From Rhizodiscina lignyota (lineage: Eukaryota): a stretch of DNA of 64,000 bases. Both the position numbers and the translations under genes were made by a program. The first letter of the stretch is position 1. Each line of letters starts with the position of its first letter. Positions 53,201 through 64,000 of the stretch are shown piece by piece. The notes under the pieces were generated by a model. The model saw nothing but the letters and a program-made list of their open reading frames with translations, ran no database searches and was not told where the DNA came from. The DNA lies in assembly GCA_010015805.1 (NCBI GenBank), contig ML978128.1, positions 620,001 to 684,000 on the forward strand, written 5' to 3'.

Positions 53201-56140
53201 AATCTCCGCAGGTTCCATATCTCGAAGCGATTCGATAGACATCACAGACGCATGGTCTGGACTATCCAGATTCCTGAGCACCGGGTTAGGTAGTTCGAAT
53301 TGGTGGAATGGATGCTGGTAAGGCCAGATCTGCCGCTCGATCGACTTGCACATTGTCAGTAGAATGAGGCATTGATGGCCCCATCGACGATTCAGCGCGA
53401 TCATGAAGAGCGCTCGACATATCCTGGCGGCATTTTGCGCCACGTACGCCGTATCAGAGACCAGCGTGTAGTCTTCAAGGCGTGCCTTCGAAATATACGA
53501 CTGCAAGAGGATGTTCGTCTTCGCATGTGGTGTGCCAACTCCGCCTTCAATAGTCGCCGGCACGATATTTTCATCATTCTTTAAATTGCTCAGCTCTTTC
53601 TCCTCACTGTCCCGAGACTGGATCTGATCGAACTCTCCGCTCATGCTAATCATCCTCAGCACATCTGCCTCCGTAGCCCGCTCTCTCATCATGCTGTTGA
53701 AGATCTCGATACTGCTCTGCAGGACATAGTACTGGCTCGCAATGCGACCAACATCCTTCGCTCGAAGCTCCTCTGTGGTTTCGTTGAAGATGATCATTTG
53801 GCTCTGCTGCAACACTCTTGCTGCATCGATCACTAGCTTTCGTCTCCGCTGTACCAGCTGAGGGTCATCGCGGATTTCGGCCCAATCAATACCATATGTC
53901 AAGGGATTCCGCTGCATGCGGACGAAGAGATAGGAGTAGCCCAGCCAGGTCACAGCCTCTGCGACAGAAGTGACTGTTCCAAGGGAGATCTCGGCATTAA
54001 GATTATCAACCAAATGCTTCGAAAATGTCGATTCAATCGGTTGTTGTTGCGTAACCGCCGTCAAGTAGTGCTGCAGCTTATCGTGAGTGGTGCAAATAAA
54101 GCCGGTACCAGTATCTTGGAACTGCGGTCTTCCGGCACGACCAAAAATCTGCAGCACGTCCAAGATACCCACATCCACGAACTTCCCGGCTTCTGCACTA
54201 TACAGCTGCGTGCCCTTGATGATGACAGCCGCTGCAGGCAAGTTCACACCCCAGGCCAGAGTCGCCGTGCAGCAAAGCACCTTCAGTACACCCTCAGCGA
54301 AGAGCCGCTCTATGAGATTTCGATCTGAACGAGGCATTCCGGCGTGATGCGTGCCCATGCCCTTTGAAAGGAGCTCTCTCAGCTCTCTACCCTTGGAGCT
54401 TTTCATGTCTCTGACAGCAGCATCGAAGCCCGGGTGGCCAGCGGGCTCAAATAGATCGGTGCACATAGACTCCATCGCTTTCTCGTATAGTGTGCGTGCT
54501 GTCTTCAAGGTATCTTTTCTGGAGTGCACGAATACCATGACTTGATGACCCAATCGAAGCATATCCGTAACTTTTTCAAAAGCAACTTGTTCGAGGTTCT
54601 CCCTTGATTGCTTCGAGCCTGGCTTTCCCCCTTTGACGCCGATGAAATGTTGTTCCAGGGGGACAGGCCTGAACGATGCGTCGAAGTAGAACAAACCAGC
54701 CATGCGATTGACTTTCAGGAAGTCGGAAACATCCACGAAGTTGGGAAGCGTTGCAGAGAGACCCACGATCCGGATCAGAGACTGTGTGCTCTCAACTTGC
54801 CGTTCCGTGCGTGCCACCAGAGACTCCAAGACTGAACCGCGCTCATCGTGCAGCATGTGAACCTCATCGATTATCAGTAGTCTGACTTTCTGGACAAGTT
54901 CTGTGTCTCCGGTGCTCTTTCGTGTCACGACATCCCATTTCTCGGGCGTTGTAACAATGATTTGCGTGCGGACGATTTCCGCTTTTGTCAAATGCATATC
55001 TCCCGTCAACTCGCGGACCTGGATACCAAGCCATGCCAGTCTCTTCCCAAGCTTCTCTGTAACTTCTGCCGCCAAAGCCTTCATCGGTGCTACATAGACG
55101 ATCTTGAAATCCTCCGTCTGCACCGCAAAGTCTGTGGCGTCGGAGTTTTCCATCGGATCAGGCGTCACGTATTTTGCGATCGTATTCAATATCGTCAACA
55201 TCGCAGCATCCGTCTTTCCAGCACCAGTCGGAGCACAGATGAGCATATTTTCGCTCGTCTTGTACGCAACAGGATAGACCAAGCTCTGCATGCGGTTGAG
55301 CGCCTTGTAGCCCTTGAATGTACGTCTGCACAGCCCGTCCAGATCCTTAATCTCCACGAGTTTCTGATGTCTGCCGAGCGTACCAACTCGGGAAGCCGGA
55401 ATAGTATATTCCTCATACTTCTCATGCTCCTCGCGCTTGCTGCCTTGAGGAAGCAGATAGCGACGACCGTGAGCAGACAGAGTGTTTCCGGCATCATGCG
55501 TACGATACACATGCGGATATTGCGGGCCTGTTCTGTCAATGCTTGAAGTAAGAGTGGTGTGCTTGTGCTCATAGTCCTGCTTTTGAAGCGCGGCTTCTCT
55601 CTGCTCTCGTGTCTGAAGGCGCCCAAGAACCCCATTGTTGGCTTGAGAAGTTGGTTGCTTCTTGTCTTGTATGATGCTTTGGCGATGCGCAATCAGGTCG
55701 GTGACAAAGTCCAGCTCATCGAAGCCCACGATGTCGGCGAGCATCATTTGCAGTTCCTCATCACCACTGTCAGAAGCCAGGATTGCGATGATCTGCTCCT
55801 CCAGCGCAGTCGAGTCTCCCCAGGAACCCCGGAGAGCGATATCATCGCATCTCTGCTTCAGCCAAACCCTGTCGTAACTTGGTGTGTGAGAGACACCGTC
55901 TGCGCCTACAGCTCCCGGGTCCTGCTCTTCCTCTTCATCCGATTCTTCATCACTGATTAGATCCCACAAATTATCCGAGCCCAGCGAATCTGAGAAGTCC
56001 TCTTCCGAGATATTGAGATCAGCTCCATACGGTTCCGTCAAACCATTCGCCTTGTCGAGCTTCAGCTCAGCAATAGCTGCCTTCATCTCAGCCAGCTGAG
56101 CCAGCCATTGTGACTGTGCGTCCTCGAGGACAGGCGACAT
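50201..56140 (-). CDS. SLH1: Ski2-like double-cassette helicase Slh1/Rqt2 (ASCC3 orthologue)
   Basis: 1979 aa intronless ORF with two helicase cassettes (APTGAGKT..DEVH and SPTGSGKT..DEIH), each followed by a Sec63 region. The intact second cassette favours Slh1/ASCC3 over Brr2. Confidence 0.9.
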   Translation of the reverse strand: MSPVLEDAQSQWLAQLAEMKAAIAELKLDKANGLTEPYGADLNISEEDFSDSLGSDNLWDLISDEESDEEEEQDPGAVGADGVSHTPSYDRVWLKQRCDDIALRGSWGDSTALEEQIIAILASDSGDEELQMMLADIVGFDELDFVTDLIAHRQSIIQDKKQPTSQANNGVLGRLQTREQREAALQKQDYEHKHTTLTSSIDRTGPQYPHVYRTHDAGNTLSAHGRRYLLPQGSKREEHEKYEEYTIPASRVGTLGRHQKLVEIKDLDGLCRRTFKGYKALNRMQSLVYPVAYKTSENMLICAPTGAGKTDAAMLTILNTIAKYVTPDPMENSDATDFAVQTEDFKIVYVAPMKALAAEVTEKLGKRLAWLGIQVRELTGDMHLTKAEIVRTQIIVTTPEKWDVVTRKSTGDTELVQKVRLLIIDEVHMLHDERGSVLESLVARTERQVESTQSLIRIVGLSATLPNFVDVSDFLKVNRMAGLFYFDASFRPVPLEQHFIGVKGGKPGSKQSRENLEQVAFEKVTDMLRLGHQVMVFVHSRKDTLKTARTLYEKAMESMCTDLFEPAGHPGFDAAVRDMKSSKGRELRELLSKGMGTHHAGMPRSDRNLIERLFAEGVLKVLCCTATLAWGVNLPAAAVIIKGTQLYSAEAGKFVDVGILDVLQIFGRAGRPQFQDTGTGFICTTHDKLQHYLTAVTQQQPIESTFSKHLVDNLNAEISLGTVTSVAEAVTWLGYSYLFVRMQRNPLTYGIDWAEIRDDPQLVQRRRKLVIDAARVLQQSQMIIFNETTEELRAKDVGRIASQYYVLQSSIEIFNSMMRERATEADVLRMISMSGEFDQIQSRDSEEKELSNLKNDENIVPATIEGGVGTPHAKTNILLQSYISKARLEDYTLVSDTAYVAQNAARICRALFMIALNRRWGHQCLILLTMCKSIERQIWPYQHPFHQFELPNPVLRNLDSPDHASVMSIESLRDMEPAEIGSLVHNHKMGTTIAKLLDNFPTLSIDAEIAPLNRDVLRIRLWITPDFRWNERHHGTSESYWIWVENSETSEIYHHEFFLLNRKKLYDDHELNFTIPLSDPLPSQIYVRAVSDRWLGAETVHPVSFQHLIRPDTESVYTDLLNLQPLPISALKNPILEEVYGQRFQYFNPMQTQLFHCMYHTSANVLLGSPTGSGKTVAAELAMWWAFRENPGSKVVYIAPMKALVRERVQDWSKRLTKPMGLKLVELTGDNTPDTRSIRNADIIVTTPEKWDGISRSWQTRSYVSQVSLVIIDEIHLLGGDRGPVLEIIVSRMNYIASQKKGSVRLVGMSTACANATDLGNWLGVKEGLFNFRHSVRPVPLEIYIDGFPEVRGFCPLMQSMNRPTFLAIKTHSPSKPVIVFVASRRQTRLTARDLINFCGMEDNPRRFLGMSEEDLALNLSRVKDEALREALTFGIGLHHAGLVESDRLLAEELFANNKIQILVATSTLAWGVNLPAHLVVVKGTQFFDAKTEGYKDMDLTDVLQMLGRAGRPQFDTSGIARIFTQDSKKAFYKHFLHTGFPVESSLHKVLDNHLGAEISAETINTKQDALDYLTWTFFFRRLHKNPSYYGLEISAEEHNTIEAQRLANDYMVSLVEKSLTELADSGCAAIHSNGDIDSTPLGKIMSYYYLSHKTIRHLIKHAKRDATFEDALSWMSCATEYDELPVRHNEDLINAELSANLPLKAEGFGLPMWDPHVKAFLLLQAHFSRIDLPISDYVGDQTSVLDQAVRIIQASIDVLTELDLGSSCKMMIRLLQCVKSARWPEDQALSIFPGIKPEADREGKGAVKTLVEAVAMSRKAQEQMVRQLGVPASVQPRFFKALNALPNLKVEAVDVTALGLSVAISRLNPVTERQFRMYAPKYPKPQTEGFFLVVEDAVSGSVLAMKRVNWPMKDDGRRQASASRLNTKVAVRLPEGVDARHVNTTILSDGYVGMEWKIERIEVPAAPKAVDDGLKKQG

Positions 56141-56498
56141 TCTCGGAGTTACGTTGAGGATAATAAAAAATTCCCTCTTCTTCGAATATACTTTGAGATG
56201 GGGACAAACGGCTCTCTAAGCAGCTCTATAATAGCCCGCCACGCCAACACTCTTCTGTGTTATTTGCTGGGCACTTATGGTAGTGTAATCGATAGCGGCC
56301 GCCGCGGGAGATTTTCATATCGGCGTAGGGCTGAAACGAAACGCCACCAAACCACTTTAATTTTAGCGCGGCAGGGAGCGCAACGTACGCTCTCACGCGT
56401 CGAGTAGCACAAAAGGACAGCTTCACTTTTCCTCGCGATCCGCCTATCTACTCAACCTCACTCTCTTCTCACCTCCTTTCTCCTCCACAACCGCCAAG

Positions 56499-57130
56499 AT
56501 GCCGTCAATGTGGTTATCAGACTCCCAAAGTGCGCCTCTCCCACCCCTTTCAATCGCAACCAAAACTAACAAGCGCACAGAAATCGGGGTAGCATTCTGC
56601 TCCGGGGTACGTTATGCGCCTGACCCATTCCGCCTCTCGCTGCGAACAGGAACTACACACGGCTAATGGAATCTTCATGACCAGGGAGGCTTCTTCCTCC
56701 TCGGCGGCGTAATGCTCTTCTTCGACCGCGCAATGTCCGTCTCCCCATCCATCCTCCCTTGCTATACATTCCAAGAATAGCATCTAATGCTGATTCATCT
56801 AGGCTCGCAATGGGCAACATACTCTTCCTCCTCGGCCTAACCCTCATAATCGGCGTGCAGAAGACAATTGCGTTCTTCGCGCGGCGCCAGAAGCTGCGCG
56901 GCACGGCCGCTTTCCTCGCCGGCATCCTCTTAATCCTCTTCCGCTGGCCCTTGGTCGGGTTCTGCGTCGAGCTGTACGGCATCTTCATCCTGTTTGGCGA
57001 CTTCTTCGGCACGATTGCGGGGTTTGCCGCGAATATCCCTTACGTGGGGAAGTATATTGCTGCGGCGTTTAATCGAGCAGGGGAGGTTGCGAGTGGTGGG
57101 GAGACGAGGAACAGTCAGTTGCCTGTGTGA
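56499..57130 (+). CDS. GOT1: Golgi transport protein Got1
   Basis: [53 protein letters not shown]. Introns 56530-56580, 56607-56684 and 56735-56802. Confidence 0.92.
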
Positions 57131-57495
57131 AGGGGAGCTGAATGCGGATGAGGCTGGAGGTAATTTCGCATGGCATTGCGCGGGCGTATGGGCGTTTTTG
57201 TTTGGAAGTATGGGCGGATGATATCCAGAGTTTGGGCCTATCAGATTTCAAGTGCAGCATGTAAGAAGTCCCAGCGGGATCTAGAAACTGTACGAATTCA
57301 ATCGAACTAACATGCAAAGACTTGCTATGGCTCTCAACGTGACACTCGTGCCAACTCCATCGCTAATGCTCCGGACGAGAAAAAAGAAAAGAGAAATATG
57401 CCTCCAATCTATGATATCGTACCCTCAAAACGCCATTCGTCCACGTCATCATACCTTCTGTACAAATGGCCGTTCGTAGACGAGACTTACTTTAT

Positions 57496-58458
57496 TTACA
57501 TTGGAATGTAGTGACTGAAATGTCCCGGAACTTTGGCCCGACACTTCTCACAATCCTCGCGATACCCCATGACAAACCTCGTCTTCTGCGTCGACAGCGC
57601 ACCACTCCTAGCTCTCCCCTTCCTCGGCGAGAATCCGTCACTCGACCGCGCATCGTCCACCTCCATGCTATCGCCCCCGTTCACGCTCAGCCGGGACATC
57701 TGATTTGCGGTTGCAATCGACGTCTCCATCGACCCATTCTGCGTGGGCGACGGCATTGGCACCTCCCTCGGCGACTGCAGCGACTCCCTGATCGGCGAAG
57801 GCATCGGATGGTCTCTATACCCTGATTTACGCGGCGGCGGCGCCATTGGACTCCGAACGATCTGGATCTGCGGCCGCACGTCAGCGAGGTCCATGTCGCT
57901 GACGTCGCTGCTTGATCGGGGGATGCTGGGGCTGCCGCCGGAGAAGAAGGTGCTGTGGATGGGCGTCGGCACGCGGCCTTCAGAAGTGAGGAGGCCGCGA
58001 TAGGGAGCGGGTGCGAGCTTTGCGGGGCGGTTGGTGGGTTGGATTGGTGTTGGCGGGGAGTGTGATTCCACGATGCTAACCATGTCGTCGTCCATGTCCA
58101 TGTCCACGTCAGAGGAGAACTCTGGTGGGGAGTTGGTGGAGACTGGCGAGCCATCTGTGGATTCGTCTGATATGCCGGGGTTCGAGGTGGGGCGGTACTC
58201 TTGCGAGTTGGGGAAGTGAGGGAATGTGTTACGCAGCGGGAGGCTGCTCAGGCGAGGCGTGCTTTCTGCGTTGTCGGATGTACGCCGTTTCTGGAGCACG
58301 TTCTGTGTTAGCAAAAAGTGTTTGGGAGAATTATCGATAATGACGAAATAGCTCACCTTCTCCGCAAAGAGCAGAGCCAAGTCGCCGTCATCGTCCTCTT
58401 CACGCGCCCTCTTGCGCGGTTGCAGTGCCATTCCAAGATAGCACGGTGCTGAAGCCAT
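57496..58458 (-). CDS. Uncharacterised disordered Ser/Pro-rich protein with an NLS-like RKRAR and a C-terminal CxxC..HxxH motif
   Basis: 320 aa ORF that reads through an in-frame intron (donor 58356, acceptor 58291 or 58303). Start at 58458 or 58431. C-terminus MGYREDCEKCRAKVPGHFSHY. Confidence 0.8.
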   Translation of the reverse strand: MASAPCYLGMALQPRKRAREEDDDGDLALLFAEKVSYFVIIDNSPKHFLLTQNVLQKRRTSDNAESTPRLSSLPLRNTFPHFPNSQEYRPTSNPGISDESTDGSPVSTNSPPEFSSDVDMDMDDDMVSIVESHSPPTPIQPTNRPAKLAPAPYRGLLTSEGRVPTPIHSTFFSGGSPSIPRSSSDVSDMDLADVRPQIQIVRSPMAPPPRKSGYRDHPMPSPIRESLQSPREVPMPSPTQNGSMETSIATANQMSRLSVNGGDSMEVDDARSSDGFSPRKGRARSGALSTQKTRFVMGYREDCEKCRAKVPGHFSHYIPM

Positions 58459-58911
58459 AGAAGAGAGTGAGTGCGCGATTACGGCTTTATGTTAGGGAGG
58501 GGGTGAAAGGAGGGAGGGCAGGTACGCGCCAGGCGTGACCATGCGAGCACACCAGTGGCAGCAAGCAAGAAGCAAATCCCTGGGACCCTTTCTTTCGCAA
58601 TCACCCGCGCAGCTGCAACATGGCCGGCGGAGGGAGCAATCAGGGCGGGCGGGAAGTGCTGTTGGAGCTGCTGGTGCGTTTCAGACGGCGATGTCTCTTT
58701 TGCTTCATGTCATGCAGGCACCGCACTCGAGCAGGGATGGCGCTTATGGGCGCGGCCCGCGGAGCAATGCACGCCTACGCCGAACACGGCATGGCGCCGA
58801 TTTGCACGTGCGCCTTCCGCGGGGCCGCAGCGACTCGAGGCTTGGCATGGGCAGATGGACCCTGGCGCGGTGGTGGAGCAAAAATTGCGGTCTGTGAGTC
58901 TGCACTCGGAG

Positions 58912-59006
58912 GAGTCATCGCAGATAAATACCACCACTCAGCTCTCCGCCTTTCAATTCTCCAACACCACGCACTACACTATCCATTCTAGCTCTATACG
59001 AGTCAA
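58912..59006. promoter_or_regulatory. Candidate Gcn4/CpcA sites upstream of DAHP synthase
   Basis: GAGTCAT at 58912-58918 and GAGTCAA at 59000-59006 (TGACTC on the minus strand), within 200 bp of the ATG. Fungal DAHP synthase genes are established targets of general amino-acid control. Confidence 0.45.
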
Positions 59007-59078
59007 TTGCCCTCTCTTAGCCCACACGGATTCCTAATTCCGTGTCCAGCTCCCGCAAGCTTTTCTTGTTTGCTATAA

Positions 59079-60334
<1,256 letters not shown>

Positions 60335-60720
60335 GTTATGTCATAACGATGAGCAAAAGCATCAACGAATTTTCTGCTTTCTTGGTTTGCATTTAGAGGC
60401 GCTCTGGGTATCATAGAGCGGGAAGGAGCATGGGATGAGCGTAATACTGACGATTGCGAATTTTTGCTGTTGGGCTTCGCAACATGAAGTTTGGGTAATC
60501 ATGGCCGATGGAAAAAGTCTTGTCCTTACAAAAGAGCATCTCCGTTCAAGCATAGGAAAAAGCGAGAAAAAAGTATAGGCTCTGGATTCAGGAGACCTCT
60601 TTCGTCCGTCCAAACGAGACTCTTTCTAGCCAACATGTGCCTTCATTGCAAAACGCCTCCAAACGCCAGACTCATACCCATCAATCATTCCCATATTAAC
60701 CCATCCGCTCGCTGCCCAAC

Positions 60721-61513
60721 TCACATGACAACACAGCACGAGTTCTGCTTCTTCGCCTGCGTATAAAACATCTTGCTCTGCGCGCTCAGCCCGTCGCTCT
60801 TCGCCACCAGACTGTCAATCTTCTCCCCGCGCTCCAGCACGCTCTCGATCGTCTTGTGCAGCACAATCTTCGTCTCGTCCAGCTCCTTCTGGATCTTCAT
60901 GATGCTGTCCGCCTGCGCCGGGTCCTGGTACTTCGTGATGTACTCCTTCAGCTGCGGGAAGGGCAGCTCGGCGTTGGAGGTGGCGAAGGCGCTGCGCGGG
61001 TACTTGGAGAGGAACTCGTCGACGACTTTGGAGAGGAGCTGGTGCGCGACCAGCGCGGGGTATTCGTGGTCGGAGATGATGATGCCGGCGATGCCTTCGC
61101 TGCGCGCGTAGGCGTGGAAGGTGTATGCTAGGTAGGTCTGTCAGTCTTGCGTGCTCGCCCAATATCTACGCTGTCTCTTGTATAGTGGAGGGCGAGGTGC
61201 GGACGTACATTGCTCTTCCACATCTTGCCGTTGTCCGGGCTTCGTGCGCTCTGCTACCGTCTTGGAGAATAACGTCATGAACTCGCCGACACTGAAGGCT
61301 CTGTGAGCAACGCCGCACAATCCTTAAGGCAGGTTGGAGGGGGAGGCTGACCTCGACCGTGTGAAGCGGCTATAACTCGTCAAGTCGCGCTCGCAGCATA
61401 GCTCGACCGCTGGCTTCTCTTCGTTCTTCAGGATCTGTAGCCGCAAAGGTCAGCTGTAGATAAAGCGAAGGCGGGTACGGAGGACTACATACGCCAATGT
61501 AGAGGAGCTTCAT
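60721..61513 (-). CDS. YKT6: Prenylated longin R-SNARE Ykt6
   Basis: MKLLYIG..KIQKELDETKIVLHKTIESVLERGEKIDSLVAKS..KKQNSCCVVM*. Exons 61513-61493, 61434-61352, 61291-61209 and 61127-60721. Not captured by the ORF track. Confidence 0.95.
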
Positions 61514-62025
61514 GGCTGTGGCTGTACGCTGGAAAGGTTTCAAGGGTGGACGAAGGGAAATGTATAGGTGGAGGGTTATGGAGTCGATTTAGGCAGGCGT
61601 TGAAGAGTGTCTTGTGATGACTGATGTTGTCTGTTGTCTGAAACTCGCGTGGCGGTGTATCGTCGCGGGGTAGTTTTCAAGCGATCTGACGCCCAATGCG
61701 CCTCAAGAGGCCCGCAAGCTCGGTACGTCACGCACCTAATCGTGCACCCAGCGGTACCTACCGAGCCTCTGGTGTCACGAGAAGGTTGGCTGTGGCATTC
61801 GGGAGGTCGAACAGATATGGGATAGCTTCTATAAATAATAGAAAACCTACGAGACCTGCGAAGCTCCGTAAGGATTCTCACATCAATAATCCACTGAACG
61901 AAAAGCTGCTGGAGAATGTCGCTGGGACACTGGTGGCTAAGACGGCCTTCTATTCTATGAGAAGCGTGTAAGCTTTTCAGTCGTGTACTAGTCGTGAAGT
62001 ACACTTTTAAAAATATAGAAGTATC

Positions 62026-62370
62026 GCTCGATCTATGTGTCTAAGTAATAAGTTAAGCGCCTTTATATAATTAAATTGAAGTTTAACATCTATGCGTGAG
62101 TCGGGAGTCTAGTGAGTGTACTGAATCGAAGCAAAGCTCGATCTTTCCGTGTAAGCTTTCGTTCAAGCGCCAGTGTATAATTGAATTGAAGCTCGACCCT
62201 CGCGCGGAGACCAGGTGCTAAGAGAGTATCGTAAATTGAGGTGAAGCTTAAGCTATGCGTACATATTACAAATCGAGCGCTTACGTATAATCAAGTTAAA
62301 GCTCAACCTTTATGCGGAAAGCTAAGTGCTAAGGAGGAAATTGGATTAACTTGAAGTTCAATCTATGCGG
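62026..62370. repeat. Degenerate tandem array, 55-bp period with a 110-bp higher-order unit
   Basis: Motif approximating (AA)GCTCGATCTATGCG starts at 62026, 62081, 62136, 62191, 62246, 62301 and 62356. AGCGC..TATAAT recurs every 110 bp. Confidence 0.85.
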
Positions 62371-62652
62371 ACGAATTAAAGAAGTGCTCGATCTGAGCGT
62401 GCAAGCCATAAGTACATACTCTAAAGAGCATAGAATAAAGCCTTCAGAGATAGTCTCACTTACCTTGAAATGCAAGAGCTGATCGCCCTTGCGTGTCAAG
62501 TTTACCGACTAGCATTCAGGTAGAGTATACTTTGCACCACCTCTCTTCATTTTCAGTCTGTGCCAAACATCTTTGTGGGCTTTCATTTGGACAACAACAT
62601 CTTTCATTTCCAAGAATTGGTGAATCGGTCGTTACATATCCTGAATGCTCTT

Positions 62653-64000
62653 CTATACACCATCCGCAAGCTTCTTCGTTGGCTTCTTCGCATACAAGTC
62701 GATAATAGCCTGCGCGATATCCTTCATAGGCGGCAGTGCGTACGACGGGTAACCCTCGAAAATAGCAGCCAACTGTTGCTGCCTCACCACCGGCTTATCG
62801 TCATCATCTTCATCCTCATCCTCGCTCTGAACCTCCTCAACTTCTTCAATGCTATTGTCCACAACAAGTCCCATCACGTCCGCCATGGATTCATCTTCTT
62901 CTTCGCCAACAAGTTCCGGTTCTGGCAAGCTATCCATACCCTTGGCTTGCCCGCGCGCGACGTTCTCTCGAATAATTGGTACAGCGGCGGACGCCACGTC
63001 CCTCAGACTATGTGCCTCGGCTTGATCGTTGAGGAAAACATAGCCAGATTGCTGGGGTACAGAAAGTAGCGCAGTAACAGTATCCAACCTCTTGCTGACG
63101 AACACTGGCTCGGGTTTCGAAGTGTGAAATATAGCGACACGATACTTCTTCCCCTTCTTCCAATATGGCAATGCAATCGCAAACGTGTCGCTCGTATCGT
63201 TGACGGCGAGGAACCTTGGCATCCGCAAATGCGAATTCAGTTGATACTGGTAATGGAGATCATCGTCAATCAGATTCCAAACGGTGAGAGAATCAGAGAG
63301 GACGACCAAGTATTTCGAGACAAAACCAACACCAGCTAGTCCGCTAGTGAAGAGGTCAGGTCGAGAATGGACGACCTCTCCAGTGGTCGGGTCGATGAAT
63401 CGGGAGATACTGTAGCCTTCGTGACCGGCGTACTCGTGGCAGGAAGCAATGAGTGAGCCATCGTGAGAGTGAGCCAAACGAGCTGTGGATGGTTTCAATC
63501 TGATTGTGAACCCATCTTCGACTTCATGTACCGGGCTTTCCAGTTCGACTGTCCTTTTGGCCGACCAAGTGATGAGTGGGCCACCAGCAGGAGTGCGCAC
63601 AGCCACGCCATTCTCCCTAAAACGTTGCCTCGCACGCCAAATGCGGATGTGACCGTCCTGTCCTGTGGTGACAAATTCGGGTCTTGTAGGGTCGGCCACT
63701 AGATCAAGAATGCGGGCAGGTGTTGTATTGTCGGGAAACATATGAGGTGTGTCAATTCGAGTTTCGAGCGCCCACTCATTATTCTGCTTGTCCCATCTCC
63801 AGAACTTCAGATATGACTCCAAGCGAATGCCGCGCTCATTCAACATGGAAGCTGGATCGTCCTTTATACTCGTGAATTCAAGGTCTAAGCGTGGTGGCGC
63901 CCATTCTTCCACAGTAGCAAGCCAACGGGAGTTGGCGCTAATCGCGATGAACTTTATGTCTGGTTCACCAAGTCTGTTCCCCTCCGGTCCAGTAATGAAG
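62653..64000 (-). CDS. UTP17: WD40-repeat U3 snoRNP t-UTP subunit Utp17/Nan1 (WDR75), 3' part; the gene runs off the window
   Basis: LATVEEW..LKFWRWD..W.LETRIDTPH, WD repeats and an acidic tail ending DDKPVVRQQQLAAIFE..ALPPM. Confidence 0.75.
   Translation of the reverse strand, partial: FITGPEGNRLGEPDIKFIAISANSRWLATVEEWAPPRLDLEFTSIKDDPASMLNERGIRLESYLKFWRWDKQNNEWALETRIDTPHMFPDNTTPARILDLVADPTRPEFVTTGQDGHIRIWRARQRFRENGVAVRTPAGGPLITWSAKRTVELESPVHEVEDGFTIRLKPSTARLAHSHDGSLIASCHEYAGHEGYSISRFIDPTTGEVVHSRPDLFTSGLAGVGFVSKYLVVLSDSLTVWNLIDDDLHYQYQLNSHLRMPRFLAVNDTSDTFAIALPYWKKGKKYRVAIFHTSKPEPVFVSKRLDTVTALLSVPQQSGYVFLNDQAEAHSLRDVASAAVPIIRENVARGQAKGMDSLPEPELVGEEEDESMADVMGLVVDNSIEEVEEVQSEDEDEDDDDKPVVRQQQLAAIFEGYPSYALPPMKDIAQAIIDLYAKKPTKKLADGV

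Noticed and set aside
50201..56140. Brr2 spliceosomal helicase
   Set aside because: The second cassette has intact GSGKT/DEIH motifs and the N-terminus is Slh1/ASCC3-like.
62026..62370. CRISPR array
   Set aside because: Eukaryotic context with no cas genes, degenerate repeats, and spacers related to each other at a 110-bp period.

Overview
Eukaryotic, intron-containing DNA from a filamentous ascomycete (Pezizomycotina; Dothideomycete-like by inference from the cluster layout). The left half holds a compact intracellular siderophore cluster: a ~16 kb ferrichrome-family NRPS (A-T-C-A-T-C-degenerate A-T-C-A-T-C-T-C-T-C), a divergent ABCB/MDR transporter and an L-ornithine N5-monooxygenase (sidA), with three exact SreA-type ATCWGATAA sites in the promoters. 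Next come an AT-rich patch with a BTB/POZ gene and a decayed Fot1/pogo-type transposase, then an esterase and uncharacterised genes. The right part is a housekeeping block: ATL1, BUD13, TMEM16/anoctamin, SLH1, GOT1, DAHP synthase, YKT6 and a partial UTP17/NAN1. The least explained signals are non-coding. (1) At 39239-39470 is a complete RNA polymerase III-type gene with U6-like architecture: TATA box, 5' UUCG hairpin, A box, a spliceosomal intron containing the B box, a structured 3' exon and an oligo-T terminator. It lacks the U6 catalytic motifs and is not a tRNA. (2) At 62026-62370 is a strictly phased 55/110-bp degenerate repeat array. Exon boundaries were read by eye and no database searches were run.
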